The notes under the pieces: model-generated | The model's database searches: none | What the model was told of the DNA's origin: nothing | What the model saw: the letters and a program-made list of their open reading frames with translations, nothing else | Made by a program: the position numbers and the translations under genes | In this document: piece by piece, positions 1 to 10,691 of the stretch | Numbering within the stretch: position 1 is the first letter of the stretch | How the letters are laid out: every line of letters starts with the position of its first letter | Source: a virus | Direction: 5' to 3' (one strand) | DNA length: 64,000 nt | Virus record (IMG/VR): IMGVR_UViG_3300025132_000023 | Coordinates: 1-64,000 of that record

Positions 1-3000
1 CAGTAGAAACTAAATCAATAGTTCCATCAGAATCTTGATAGGTAGCAGTAATATTAGTCTCGGTGTTACTTGAGAACATAGCACCTACTATATCTTGAAT
101 TTCTTCTGTGCTTAATCCAGCACCAGTTAATTGACTGGTTAAAGCAACAGTACCACTCGTATCGGGTAAAGTGATTGTTCTATCAGCCGTTGGGTCTGTA
201 ATAGTTAATGTAGTTTCATACGCATCAGCAGTAGCACCTTCAAATACTATTGCATTAGCAGCGTTCATTGTTACGGTATCAACAATGGTTTGTGTTCCTG
301 TAACCTCAAAATTACCATGAACTTTAACTAAATTGTCTGTAGCACTAATAGTTAGCATATCTGTATGTGTGCCGTTTTTCTGTACGCTTAGGGATAATTT
401 ACCATCTTCTGTACCATCTGATGCATCTTCTATTGATGCTTTAACTCTACCATATGTCTTTATTGCAGCACTAGTAGCATCATTATCTCCTTGAAAACTA
501 ATTTGCCCAATAATGTCATCATCCTCAGGAGAGGCTGAACCTCTGTAAATATTTAAATTAGGGCCGCCGTGTTGGTCATTATCTGTATCAGAAAGTAATA
601 GTGTTGGCCCTGTTCCACCATCATGTAATACAGTTAATTTTCCTTTGTTTGGAGCAGGAGAAGATGGGAAACTTTCATTTTCTTCTGCAATTAAAACTCC
701 TCCTGTACCATCTGGTCTTAGGATAATATCCCTATTACTGCTAGTAGTTTTAATTTCATATGTTTGAACATCTAAATGCCCACCTAATTGTGGTGAAGTA
801 TCTTCAACAATATTGCTAAGACCTGTTGTTGCTCCAACAAGGTCTATTGTTCCATCTGAATTTTGATAAGTTGCAGTAATGTTTGTTTCTGTATTACCAC
901 TAAACATAGCCCCGACAATATCTTGAACTGCTGAAGTAGATAATTGAGTATCTGTTGATACAAAGTTTAGTTTTGCGTTGGTATCATCATAAGTAACAGC
1001 AATATTAGTTTCCGTTCCACCATCAACCATTGCACCTACTATATCCTGTATTGCTTCTATTGACCTCCATGTGTCAGTATCAATATAATTACCAGAATGA
1101 ATATTAGTTGCGCCTTGGTTTGTTGTCCAATCTATTATTTCATTATCACTAATACCTAAATCGCTTCTTACTTGTGCAGCAGTTCTACCTTCAATAGATG
1201 TTCCATCAACCCTTAAGAAGTCATTATCTGCTACATTAGCATTAGCAACTAAAACATTTCCATCAGAAATACCAGATGCTAGTCCCTTTACAAATGCAAG
1301 ATTAGTTACTTCTGAATCCATTAATGCTCCTGCGGCAGTAACATTAGTAGTATCAGTTACATCAGCAGATGCTTCAATAGCGTTTAATTTAGTGTGGTCT
1401 GCATCTGTAAATACGTTTGAGTCAGTAGCAGATTCTACTAATGTCCTTATTTCTGCGGCTGTTTGGTCAGCAGTAGCACTTGCTTCTATCGCATTTAATT
1501 TAGTATGGTCTGCGTCTGTGAAAACATTTGAATCGCTTGCTGCTTCAACGGCTGTTCTAATTTCAGCGTTACTTTGGTCAGCAGTAGCATTTGCTTCAAT
1601 GCCATCTAATTTAGTAATTTGAGTTGCAGTTGCTAAACCAGTTTGTGAAGCAGTAGCATTTGGAATGGCTGATGTATATTGCACATTTGGTTTATTAAGA
1701 ATTTTTGCATCACCACTTGAAGCATTCCAATCTGCTTGGACGTTAACTTCTGCACCATCAGCAGGTAATGTATTAGCCCAAAGTTTTCCTGAACCTACTA
1801 CATTGCCCGAAGCAATTTCATTTAATATGTCTGTTACTTCTGCTCTTTTAAAGGTAGATGCGCTATTATCATAAACAATTAGTTTATCATTGGTAGAATC
1901 TGTTCCAGTTCCTAAATCAGTATAATCACCAATAGTAGGAGAAAGTTTAGCATTCCAAGTAGAAGCAGAAGAAACATAAGAATCAGCAACAGCAGTTCCT
2001 TGCCATGTACCTGTTGATATTGTGCCAACAGTAACTAGGCTTGTGTTACCAGCAGTAGGTGACTTCCCATCTATTTGTGTTTGAATAGCACTTGTTACCC
2101 CGTTTAGATATTGGAACTCAGTATTACTTATTGTTGCGTTTGCTATTTTTGTAGCAGAAATTCCCGCACCCGCTTTTATGTTTGCGTTTGCTAAATCAGT
2201 AATAGTATTGTTATCTGCATCAATAGTTTTATTAGTTAATGTTTGAGCAAGACTGTGTAATACAACGGTTCCTGTAGCATCAGGTAATGTAATTGTATTA
2301 TTTTGGTCGGGGTCTTCTATCGTTAATGTTGTAGTCGTTCCATCTACTGAAGCCCCCTCAAAAACAACAGCATTAGCGGCATTCATAGTAACAGTATTAA
2401 CTACTGTTTGAGTTCCTTGAACCGTTAGATTACCGCGAATGTCAACAGTAGTGTCGTTACCTGAATCTCCTATGTATAGTGTATCGCTAGAATCTAATGC
2501 TGCTAAGATTGCTTTAACGTTTGTTTCATCAGTTACATCTGCGCCGTCTTCTACGTTAATCATTGTTCTTAAGTTAGCAGGAGTTATTTCCTCTATGATT
2601 CCAGCACCAGATGAATCTCTTCCAAGTATTCTATTTGTTGCTGAAACATTTTGAATCTTAGCATAAGTAACTTGGTCATCAGCAATATGAGAGGTATCAA
2701 TAGAACCATCTACTAATTCTGAAGAATCAACAGAATTGGCTGCTAACATTGTTGCTGTAACTGTTGCAGAATCTCCTGTAGTTACAACATTACCTGTAGT
2801 CGCAGGGAAAGTAATTGTTTGTCCACCTTTAGTTATAGTTCCATCATCGTTTATTCTTAGGTCTTCTGTAAAGTTAGAACCAAAGAAAGACATTGATTGA
2901 GAAGCCTTACCAATACCAAGGAATTGCACTTTTCTATCAACTGCTTTAGCAGCACTACCTTTAGCAATCTGAATTATTGCTATAGGTATATCTCCGGGTT

Positions 3001-3421
3001 TAGGTGAAGCAGTTTTAGAAGTTGTAGTTCCTAAAGCAGTTGCTCCTCTAAATTTAATTGTGTTTGCACTTTCTCCACTTTGGCTACCGTCTGCTATAAC
3101 AATTGTTCCATACCAGTCATTTGCAGAGTTTACAGCCCAAGCAGGTTCTTGATTCGTAACTGCGCTTGCAGTAAGTAATTTACCATCTCTAAGATATTTA
3201 ATTTCAGTTATGTTAAAACGAGTATATGTAGAGCCACCATTATTTTGTGTTATATCTCCTCCGTGTATAACAAATGATAAACCTGTTCCAATGTTTAAAG
3301 CATTGATTACACCAGAATGGAGTTTATCTGTTCCATCCTGTATATGCTCGGTATCATTGTTTCCACTTGTTCCATCAATAGCATTTGACAGAGTGGTGAT
3401 AAACTTTGGATTTGTTGCCAT
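1..3421 (-). CDS. Tail fibre / long repetitive virion protein (3' end runs off the window)
   Basis: Not in the ORF track because it has no stop in the window. ATG at 3421 overlaps the stop of the upstream gene; it reads MATNPKFITTLSNAIDGTSG... Thr/Ala/Ser/Asp-rich, with internal repeats (DQTAAEIRTLVESATDSNVFTDADHTKLNAIEA x2; IQDIVGAM...TETNI..TY x3). I translated segments by eye rather than every codon. Confidence 0.8.
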   Translation of the reverse strand, partial: MATNPKFITTLSNAIDGTSGNNDTEHIQDGTDKLHSGVINALNIGTGLSFVIHGGDITQNNGGSTYTRFNITEIKYLRDGKLLTASAVTNQEPAWAVNSANDWYGTIVIADGSQSGESANTIKFRGATALGTTTSKTASPKPGDIPIAIIQIAKGSAAKAVDRKVQFLGIGKASQSMSFFGSNFTEDLRINDDGTITKGGQTITFPATTGNVVTTGDSATVTATMLAANSVDSSELVDGSIDTSHIADDQVTYAKIQNVSATNRILGRDSSGAGIIEEITPANLRTMINVEDGADVTDETNVKAILAALDSSDTLYIGDSGNDTTVDIRGNLTVQGTQTVVNTVTMNAANAVVFEGASVDGTTTTLTIEDPDQNNTITLPDATGTVVLHSLAQTLTNKTIDADNNTITDLANANIKAGAGISATKIANATISNTEFQYLNGVTSAIQTQIDGKSPTAGNTSLVTVGTISTGTWQGTAVADSYVSSASTWNAKLSPTIGDYTDLGTGTDSTNDKLIVYDNSASTFKRAEVTDILNEIASGNVVGSGKLWANTLPADGAEVNVQADWNASSGDAKILNKPNVQYTSAIPNATASQTGLATATQITKLDGIEANATADQSNAEIRTAVEAASDSNVFTDADHTKLNAIEASATADQTAAEIRTLVESATDSNVFTDADHTKLNAIEASADVTDTTNVTAAGALMDSEVTNLAFVKGLASGISDGNVLVANANVADNDFLRVDGTSIEGRTAAQVRSDLGISDNEIIDWTTNQGATNIHSGNYIDTDTWRSIEAIQDIVGAMVDGGTETNIAVTYDDTNAKLNFVSTDTQLSTSAVQDIVGAMFSGNTETNITATYQNSDGTIDLVGATTGLSNIVEDTSPQLGGHLDVQTYEIKTTSSNRDIILRPDGTGGVLIAEENESFPSSPAPNKGKLTVLHDGGTGPTLLLSDTDNDQHGGPNLNIYRGSASPEDDDIIGQISFQGDNDATSAAIKTYGRVKASIEDASDGTEDGKLSLSVQKNGTHTDMLTISATDNLVKVHGNFEVTGTQTIVDTVTMNAANAIVFEGATADAYETTLTITDPTADRTITLPDTSGTVALTSQLTGAGLSTEEIQDIVGAMFSSNTETNITATYQDSDGTIDLVST

Positions 3422-3777
3422 TAGACGACCTCCAACCTAAAAGTGAAACTAATCGTTTCGTCTGCTGCTAAGGGGCCGATGCTATTAAATGTAACCCGGC
3501 TTAACATATCACCACCAGTTGATGCATTAAAGATACCAAGTTCTGAAATAGTATTGCTACCTAATTCCGAACCTGTGAAATCTACAGAGTAAATCAATAT
3601 ATTGCCTACAAGTTCTGGAGTAGCAGACTTACGAGTTGTTAACACGCTATGGTCTAAGGTGGTTTGAGATATAGAAGAAGAATCTGAACCATCACCAGCG
3701 TCAATATAAGTGAAAGCATTGACACTTTCGCCTTTAATCATTTTACCCAAAGCAATGCGACCAGCGTTTATTATCAT
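3421..3777 (-). CDS. Tail-fibre collar / baseplate-associated small protein
   Basis: Pattern GRIALGKMI...YIDAGDG...ISELGIFNASTGGDMLSRVTF is typical of phage tail-collar (DUF3751-like) proteins; lies next to the fibre gene. Confidence 0.6.
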   Translation of the reverse strand: MIINAGRIALGKMIKGESVNAFTYIDAGDGSDSSSISQTTLDHSVLTTRKSATPELVGNILIYSVDFTGSELGSNTISELGIFNASTGGDMLSRVTFNSIGPLAADETISFTFRLEVV

Positions 3778-6700
3778 AGTTTTATCTCCTTTGTTATTAC
3801 TGTATCATTACCTGCGCCTATTGTTGAGATATGCCCTACTGATGTGTTCCATCCTACTAATGTTCCACCCGGAGTTGTTACTTGGTATTTCAATGAATTT
3901 TCTCTTAATAGAACTTCTTCAAATGAATAATGAACCTTAACAGCCTCACCGGAGTTTTTGCTGAATAATGTTCCAAAGCCTGTTTGTTGCTTTTGGCCTA
4001 GTTCAGATAGTCTCTCAGCGATAGTCTTATTAAAGGTTCCTACTGTAACAGTTGAAATTGCTGACATGACGTTTTCTATTTCAAACACCGTAAACTCTTC
4101 ATTCTTAATTCCATGACTTTCAAATGTTAAAGTGACCAAATCCCCTGCTTGCATCAGTTCTGTTCCCTTTCTTTCCATTTTCAATGTTATTTTCTTAGCA
4201 GGAGAGTTATGAGTTGCTAGAAGTCTTTCTGCTTTTATTTTTGCTTCTCCTAGATTCTTAATGTTAGGGTCTACAACTCTCATAGTTTTAGTATTTCCCT
4301 TTAGTATTGGCACAGCAACTTCTGCTTTAACACTATCTCCTATTACCACTATCTTATTTGCCTTATCGAAGAGAGTCGTATTGTTTTCTATTTCTAACAC
4401 AGTTCCTTCCTTATATGAAATATCAAACTTTCTTTTAGCATCATAGTTTTCTATTTGTTTTATTAACATTTTGTCATTAACAAATTGGTATTCTAATCCT
4501 TTCTTAGATGCTAATGAATTAACTGCACCGAAAACATCGTGTTCTGAAAACTTATTAGATAAAACTAGAGGTTTTCTATTATAGATTGTAATCTCATCAT
4601 TTGCAGTAGGTTTGTAATTTACATCTGCTCCTCCGCTATCTAACTCTGCGAGTGTAATTGTATTAGTAGAAGTTGATGCTACTTCTCCTATGAACTTTCC
4701 ATCTTGATTATATATGTCATCACCTGCTGTTAGATTAATAGCGTTGTTTTCTAATGTAATTGTTGTGCCTGTCGTGTTTTGAGAAACAATGTTTGTAGTA
4801 TAAACTAAATCTTTACCACTTATATCTACATCTATGTCATTCTCTTCTAAAATTTCTTCTATTGCTGTCTCTGCATCTGTGCCCATAATAAATGTAGTTC
4901 CTATGTATGCTTTCTTTGCTCTATTTAGTTTAGGTTTAACGTGAGTTGTGACTGTAAATATTTCACCAAAGGATACTATTCCTTTACCGCTTAGTGTTCC
5001 AGAATAATCAAACCTTAAAGAAGTAGTGCTTTCAAATACTGTAATTGTTTTAACATCTGAAGTAATTCCGTCTGTGATATTACATTCCATGCTTTGTGCA
5101 TTTGTGAATAGGGCTTTAGCATTAGTTAATGTTCTTCTATCTGCATATCCACTTCCGGTAATATTATCTACATCTAATAATAAATACATTGCAAATAGAC
5201 CTTCTTCATATATTAAATCATCATTGCTTACAGAAGCAGTAGAGCCGCCTGAATCAGAATCTCCTAAACTATTTTCGCTTGATTCTGCTTCTCCGGTTAT
5301 AAAATTCTGAGTAAGATATTCATATTTTAAACCAGTATCAAACATTTTATTTACTTCAAAAGAATCTGGAGTTTCTTCAAAAGTAGTTTCTGAGATTTTC
5401 ATTAGCCTAAATGTCTTACCGTGATTTGTGGTATTTAAAGTAGTGTCCATTACTATAGTGTGGACAACATATGTTCCTGTATCATTATATGTGTGTGAAG
5501 TAATCTTACTAATAAATGTAGGTTCTCCTGTCAATTTATTTGTTGTAGTAGTTTGGTCAAAAGCATCTTTATCTGGTAGTGTTATATTAGTTCCTACTAA
5601 TTTATCTGATACTAGATAATATCCTTTTAGGTTTGGAACATAGTCTATCCATGAATTAATACAAGAAGAATTTAAAGTAATAGTGAATGTTTTAGAATTT
5701 AAAGAGCCTGAACCAAAATCTATCTTGGGTTTAAACAATGCTTGTGCTTGGAATATATCTCCGTTTTTCTGGTCGTAATTACCAAGGCCAAGCGCACCGT
5801 TATAGGAGTGTCTATTTTCTCTATCTCCGTAGTTCGCAGCATCGCTTCTGCAACTGTCTTCTCCTAAGAAGTGCTTGCGTGTCTTTGTTCCTAATAGAGC
5901 CATGTCTGGGTCTGATAACTGATTGACTCTCAAAACCCTGCTATGTTGGTCTATATTCTCATTTCCTAAAGACCCCAGAGTTCCGAGGCTATCTGCCCAT
6001 GTGTGCTGCATAGAACCAGCATCAGCGTCAATGTCTATTACAGCACTTGTTGGAAGTGTAAATGCTTTATTAGCATCTCTTTGTTTAGTTACTTTTTTCA
6101 TATCTTTAAATATTACATTGCAGCCTTCATATAAATGTGTATTGTTGTGTGTTTTGTATTGTTCCCCATCTGAATTGCTACCAAAGGTTTGCCTTGTAAT
6201 AGCATTCACTACCCTAGAAGGATGATAATATACTTCGCTGTTATTACCTGTCCAATCTTTTGCTTGGTGAAATGCTGAAACTTGTCCTCTATCATCACTT
6301 GCACTCCAGTCGTTCCCACTTCCTAGTCCGTCTATTGATTCTCCAATTAAAGGAACCCATAAATTGTGTGCATCCATTGAATCACTACTACTATCTCCTT
6401 TTAGCAAATGATGTCTAATATAATCTCTTTTTAGGAAAGGTATAGCAAGATATACGTTTGGCATATATAAACCATTAGTAATTCCTAAGTCATTTAATCC
6501 CCATTCGCCTTCAGGTTCTGACATCATACTGAATACCTTTGGTCTAACAATGTATATCTTATCATTAGTAGCATCATTTTCATCGTCCCAAAACAATTTT
6601 ATGTCTTTAGTCGTGTCGCTATTATGTATTGTTAATGTAGAATCATTTGAGATTGTTTTATGTGCTATTCCTAGAACAGTTCCGTCTTTGCCTCTATAAA

Positions 6701-9700
6701 TAGTATCGCCTGCTATTAAAGAAATTGAGGTGTTTGTATCACCAGCATCGTTTCTAATTACTAGAGTTCCGTTATTTGCACTAACAACGGAGTCAAAATT
6801 CACAGATAGGTTATTATATAACATCTTCATTCTAGGATATTTTATGCTTTCTAAGACTGGTAATTTAGAAGTTGTAGGTAAAGTCTCATAATTTACAGGA
6901 TTGAAATGCCAATCGAAAGTGGCTTCTACCAAACGCATTACTCCGAATCTTTTCATATTTGCGGGAGTAATAGAAGCAGATTTAATTGTCATTGTATCGT
7001 AGTCTGAATCTCTTTGTCGGGTAGAAGGTGTTGAACCTGTATAGTTTGTATGGGAAATACTACCACCAGAAGTGCCTTCATCTTCTAACATTAAACCAAA
7101 AGACGTAAATTCATGAGCATCTGCGGCATAGGCTATATTATTATGTCGAAGTTTAGAATCAATGTGTATATCTCCAAGCCCTAGAATTTCATAGTTTTTA
7201 GCCCTATAGTCGATGTTTTCTAATTGTTCTACTAAGTGTCCACCTGATGTATGAATACCTACTCCTGTACCTGTGGGGTATTGAGTTGGAGGCTTTCTTG
7301 AAGTTGCCATTCCTAAAAAGCCACTTGTCCAAAAATTAGAACTTCTTGCTGGATACTGTGAGTTTGTTATATCATCAGCAGTTACAATCGCAGTAGGAGA
7401 ACCCGCATAATTTACCTTATATGCTGAACAATAGCCCTGTAGATTCTGTTTACTGGCTGCATCGTTATAAACGCTATCATATGTTTGGTTTATAGTTCCT
7501 GCCTTAAACTTGTTTAATGCAGTATATCTAAAAATACTGTCTCCAAAGTAATAATTAGTGTCTAATGTGCTAGATAGTTTATGTAAGAATCCTCCTTTAG
7601 GAATACTACTATTTACTAAATATATACCAGTTGTTCCTGTTCCTCCCCCTAATGCAGTATCAGAAGTATTTTCTTCTATACTACCTAATACTAATGGGAA
7701 CGTAGGTGCTAATGAAATTACGGAGTTAGATTCATCTTTAGTATTTATTCCTGTAATAGTATATGGACTAACGCTAGATGTTGTTTGCATGGGGTTGATA
7801 GTTCTACCTGCTTGAGTTTCATGTGCTAATTTAAAGGCAAAACAAGAATCTTTTCCTCTTGTTATTCCTTTAATGCTTGTAATGTCATATCCTAAACTTT
7901 CATCTGACGAGTAACTTCCAGTAGCAGAAGAATATAATAGGTCACTTTTAGTATTTGTTGTCCCAGAATAAAGATTCTTTATGCCTGTAACAAAATTACA
8001 TCCATTATTTCCTAAGTGTGCATAGTCTGTTGGATATACTGTATCTTGTATGTTAGACCCTAATGCTTTAGTCCCAGTAAGATAACCTTGTGTCCCTCCT
8101 AATCTATGAAACTTTAACGCCCTGCTGCCATTAGTAATTGTAGTTCTATTATTATGTGTAAAGACTATGACAGTAGTTCCAGAATTGTCTGTAACAGTAG
8201 ATACTTCACCAAGATACTTATTGTTATAGAATATTAAGTCATGTTTATTTAGTTCTTGTAATGAATCAAGAGAATCGCTTAATGTTATTCCATTTGTTTG
8301 AACTGAGTTAACAGTATAAGTAGCGTCTAATAAATCTGTAAAGTCTATTATAGGGTTTAAAGAAGAATATACAATATCATTCGTTCGTTCCAAATTTTTA
8401 TTAATACTATTATCTAATAGAGCAGAAATTTTATCCCTGCCTGTAATAGTATAAACTATATTACCATGTTCATTCCTTGAAGATATATCTTCTACACTCC
8501 CTATAAATGATGTTTCTTCCATAGAATAGTTGCCTTCCATATAATATAAGAAAGAAATATTATTAGAAGGAATATAAAACTTCTTGGTAGGGTTTCTTAA
8601 TTTAATGTGTCCATTAATAGAATCCCCATAGTCTACTGGTATGTTGTGTCCATAGAATTGCTTATTCAAAAACACTATCTTATTATCATATAGTCTAGTC
8701 TTTGTTTTTGTAACTGTTTTACCATTTATGGTAAGTCTTGCTAATGAATTAGAACTGTATACTCCTTCAGTATCTATTGGCATTGCTCCTGTTAAACCTC
8801 CATTCCAAGCACGAACAAATACATTCTTATTAGATACCGATGGTAATGTCCCAATGGCCTCCCATGTTCCTCCAATTAATGTTTTCTTTTTATCTACAGT
8901 AACGGCTTGAGTCCTTAAACTATCAGAAGGGGCCGCTACTGAGGCAACCCTATAGAATATATCATTAAATCTTATTATGTCACCAGCAGATAAGAAAGAA
9001 TCGTTTCTAGCATCAAATCCTTCTCTCACTTGTTGTAAAACAATAGTTTGACCAGAAGTAGTTTCTGTAGATGCTAAATATGGCAACTCATATTCAGACA
9101 AACTTCCTCTATGTAAAGATGTGCTAATAGTAAATTTATCATCTTCTTTCATTTTAAGGTGCTTTACACCAGACTCATCTACTGAGGTAACAGTTGCTGA
9201 TTGAGTTATTCTATTCTGAGGACTATTTAAACTGGTAGGGGATATAATATTAGTCACACCGTTGTTTCTGTTTTTAGAGTCTTTAAAGTATAAGTATCTA
9301 CTAGGCCCAGACAAGTCTCCTGTAATTAATTTATATGTTCCTGCTGGATTATAACTAGAATGTTCTGATGTTCTATCAGATGCGTTTCTAGTGTAGTTTC
9401 TAAAAGTATTTACCCACTCAGAAGGATTAATAGTATATGTAGTGTTTCTATCTATTTCATTCCCCGCTTCATCTTTAACTTCAGTATTATCAACTAAAAT
9501 ACCATGATGGTTTTTACTTCCTAAGTCTCTTACTCTAGCCCCATATTTCTTTTCTGTTTTAAACACGGCATGGTGTATCGTCCTGCCATAGTAAAGATAA
9601 TTAGAAGTTCCACTAATTGTACCGAAATTATATCTTATTTGGTCTAAGGTGACAGTATTGGCACTATTATCATAACTAGTAACTATTCCTCCATGATGAT

Positions 9701-10691
9701 ATTCTCCACCACCATATCCCCATAGGCTTTGTCCTATATCATTAATTGTAAAATCATAGTTGCCCAAAGTAGTTAGTGTTTTGTTTGTAGTCCAAGAAGC
9801 ATTTGCGTTTCCACTATTATATCCTTTTTCATTTGTATGATATTTAGTCCAATCTTTAAACCACCTGCAATTAGTTAATAGATATTTTGTTCCATAATCT
9901 AGTTGATTTTTAGTTTCTAATCTATCCTCATAAAAGTACCATGTTGGTTTTGAAACAGAACAGAAACCATCATACTTTTCTAGGGCTGTGTTAACTTCTG
10001 TATCTCCTCTAAGACCATATGAAACAGCAACAACATTTGTATTAGTTACTGCTGGCCCTTTGTAAACTTCAAAGTTAGTTCCTTCTGAAATAGAAGTAGG
10101 ATATTTTGGTTCAAATTCAAACCCATCCCCATATTCATCATAAGTTATTATTTGTTTAATCTTAGCAAAGTGAGGTCTAATACTAGGAGAAGTATCATCT
10201 GAAATTTCTGGGTTAATTAATACAAAGTAATCATAATTATCTAAGTCTAAACCCGATTCTGGTGCGCTACTGCCACCAACCTTTTGTCCGGTGGTGGCTT
10301 GTAGCCCATCATAGCATCTTAATTTATGCGATTGGGTATCTTGTTTATTAGTTACATAATTAGCCAAAGTATTAGGATTACTAGAAGGTAAAATCCTATT
10401 TACGATTCTATCATATTCATGATTAGAAATATCAGGTTCTGCTGTAGAACCTACATCGGTAGGAGCCTTTCTTATTTCAAAGAAATTAGCAGATGCACCT
10501 GCATACTTAGTGCCTAAAGAATGAGTAGTTCCTCCTCCGGGATTATAAGTGGCTGCTGGATTATGTAATGTAGGGTTAACTGATACATTTTTAAATGCAA
10601 AATCAGGCTTCCATCTATTAGCCCAAGTATAGTTAAAACTATGCGTATTTAATGTGCCAACATTCAAAGGGTAAATATAATTTGCTGGCAT
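3774..10691 (-). CDS. Giant tail-tip / hub-like virion protein (2305 aa)
   Basis: Beta-rich composition. C-terminal part resembles a tail hub (ANKIVVIG...DPNIKNLGEAKIKAERLL...AGDLVTL...FEIE). Lies downstream of the tape measure gene. Confidence 0.65.
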   Translation of the reverse strand: MPANYIYPLNVGTLNTHSFNYTWANRWKPDFAFKNVSVNPTLHNPAATYNPGGGTTHSLGTKYAGASANFFEIRKAPTDVGSTAEPDISNHEYDRIVNRILPSSNPNTLANYVTNKQDTQSHKLRCYDGLQATTGQKVGGSSAPESGLDLDNYDYFVLINPEISDDTSPSIRPHFAKIKQIITYDEYGDGFEFEPKYPTSISEGTNFEVYKGPAVTNTNVVAVSYGLRGDTEVNTALEKYDGFCSVSKPTWYFYEDRLETKNQLDYGTKYLLTNCRWFKDWTKYHTNEKGYNSGNANASWTTNKTLTTLGNYDFTINDIGQSLWGYGGGEYHHGGIVTSYDNSANTVTLDQIRYNFGTISGTSNYLYYGRTIHHAVFKTEKKYGARVRDLGSKNHHGILVDNTEVKDEAGNEIDRNTTYTINPSEWVNTFRNYTRNASDRTSEHSSYNPAGTYKLITGDLSGPSRYLYFKDSKNRNNGVTNIISPTSLNSPQNRITQSATVTSVDESGVKHLKMKEDDKFTISTSLHRGSLSEYELPYLASTETTSGQTIVLQQVREGFDARNDSFLSAGDIIRFNDIFYRVASVAAPSDSLRTQAVTVDKKKTLIGGTWEAIGTLPSVSNKNVFVRAWNGGLTGAMPIDTEGVYSSNSLARLTINGKTVTKTKTRLYDNKIVFLNKQFYGHNIPVDYGDSINGHIKLRNPTKKFYIPSNNISFLYYMEGNYSMEETSFIGSVEDISSRNEHGNIVYTITGRDKISALLDNSINKNLERTNDIVYSSLNPIIDFTDLLDATYTVNSVQTNGITLSDSLDSLQELNKHDLIFYNNKYLGEVSTVTDNSGTTVIVFTHNNRTTITNGSRALKFHRLGGTQGYLTGTKALGSNIQDTVYPTDYAHLGNNGCNFVTGIKNLYSGTTNTKSDLLYSSATGSYSSDESLGYDITSIKGITRGKDSCFAFKLAHETQAGRTINPMQTTSSVSPYTITGINTKDESNSVISLAPTFPLVLGSIEENTSDTALGGGTGTTGIYLVNSSIPKGGFLHKLSSTLDTNYYFGDSIFRYTALNKFKAGTINQTYDSVYNDAASKQNLQGYCSAYKVNYAGSPTAIVTADDITNSQYPARSSNFWTSGFLGMATSRKPPTQYPTGTGVGIHTSGGHLVEQLENIDYRAKNYEILGLGDIHIDSKLRHNNIAYAADAHEFTSFGLMLEDEGTSGGSISHTNYTGSTPSTRQRDSDYDTMTIKSASITPANMKRFGVMRLVEATFDWHFNPVNYETLPTTSKLPVLESIKYPRMKMLYNNLSVNFDSVVSANNGTLVIRNDAGDTNTSISLIAGDTIYRGKDGTVLGIAHKTISNDSTLTIHNSDTTKDIKLFWDDENDATNDKIYIVRPKVFSMMSEPEGEWGLNDLGITNGLYMPNVYLAIPFLKRDYIRHHLLKGDSSSDSMDAHNLWVPLIGESIDGLGSGNDWSASDDRGQVSAFHQAKDWTGNNSEVYYHPSRVVNAITRQTFGSNSDGEQYKTHNNTHLYEGCNVIFKDMKKVTKQRDANKAFTLPTSAVIDIDADAGSMQHTWADSLGTLGSLGNENIDQHSRVLRVNQLSDPDMALLGTKTRKHFLGEDSCRSDAANYGDRENRHSYNGALGLGNYDQKNGDIFQAQALFKPKIDFGSGSLNSKTFTITLNSSCINSWIDYVPNLKGYYLVSDKLVGTNITLPDKDAFDQTTTTNKLTGEPTFISKITSHTYNDTGTYVVHTIVMDTTLNTTNHGKTFRLMKISETTFEETPDSFEVNKMFDTGLKYEYLTQNFITGEAESSENSLGDSDSGGSTASVSNDDLIYEEGLFAMYLLLDVDNITGSGYADRRTLTNAKALFTNAQSMECNITDGITSDVKTITVFESTTSLRFDYSGTLSGKGIVSFGEIFTVTTHVKPKLNRAKKAYIGTTFIMGTDAETAIEEILEENDIDVDISGKDLVYTTNIVSQNTTGTTITLENNAINLTAGDDIYNQDGKFIGEVASTSTNTITLAELDSGGADVNYKPTANDEITIYNRKPLVLSNKFSEHDVFGAVNSLASKKGLEYQFVNDKMLIKQIENYDAKRKFDISYKEGTVLEIENNTTLFDKANKIVVIGDSVKAEVAVPILKGNTKTMRVVDPNIKNLGEAKIKAERLLATHNSPAKKITLKMERKGTELMQAGDLVTLTFESHGIKNEEFTVFEIENVMSAISTVTVGTFNKTIAERLSELGQKQQTGFGTLFSKNSGEAVKVHYSFEEVLLRENSLKYQVTTPGGTLVGWNTSVGHISTIGAGNDTVITKEIKL

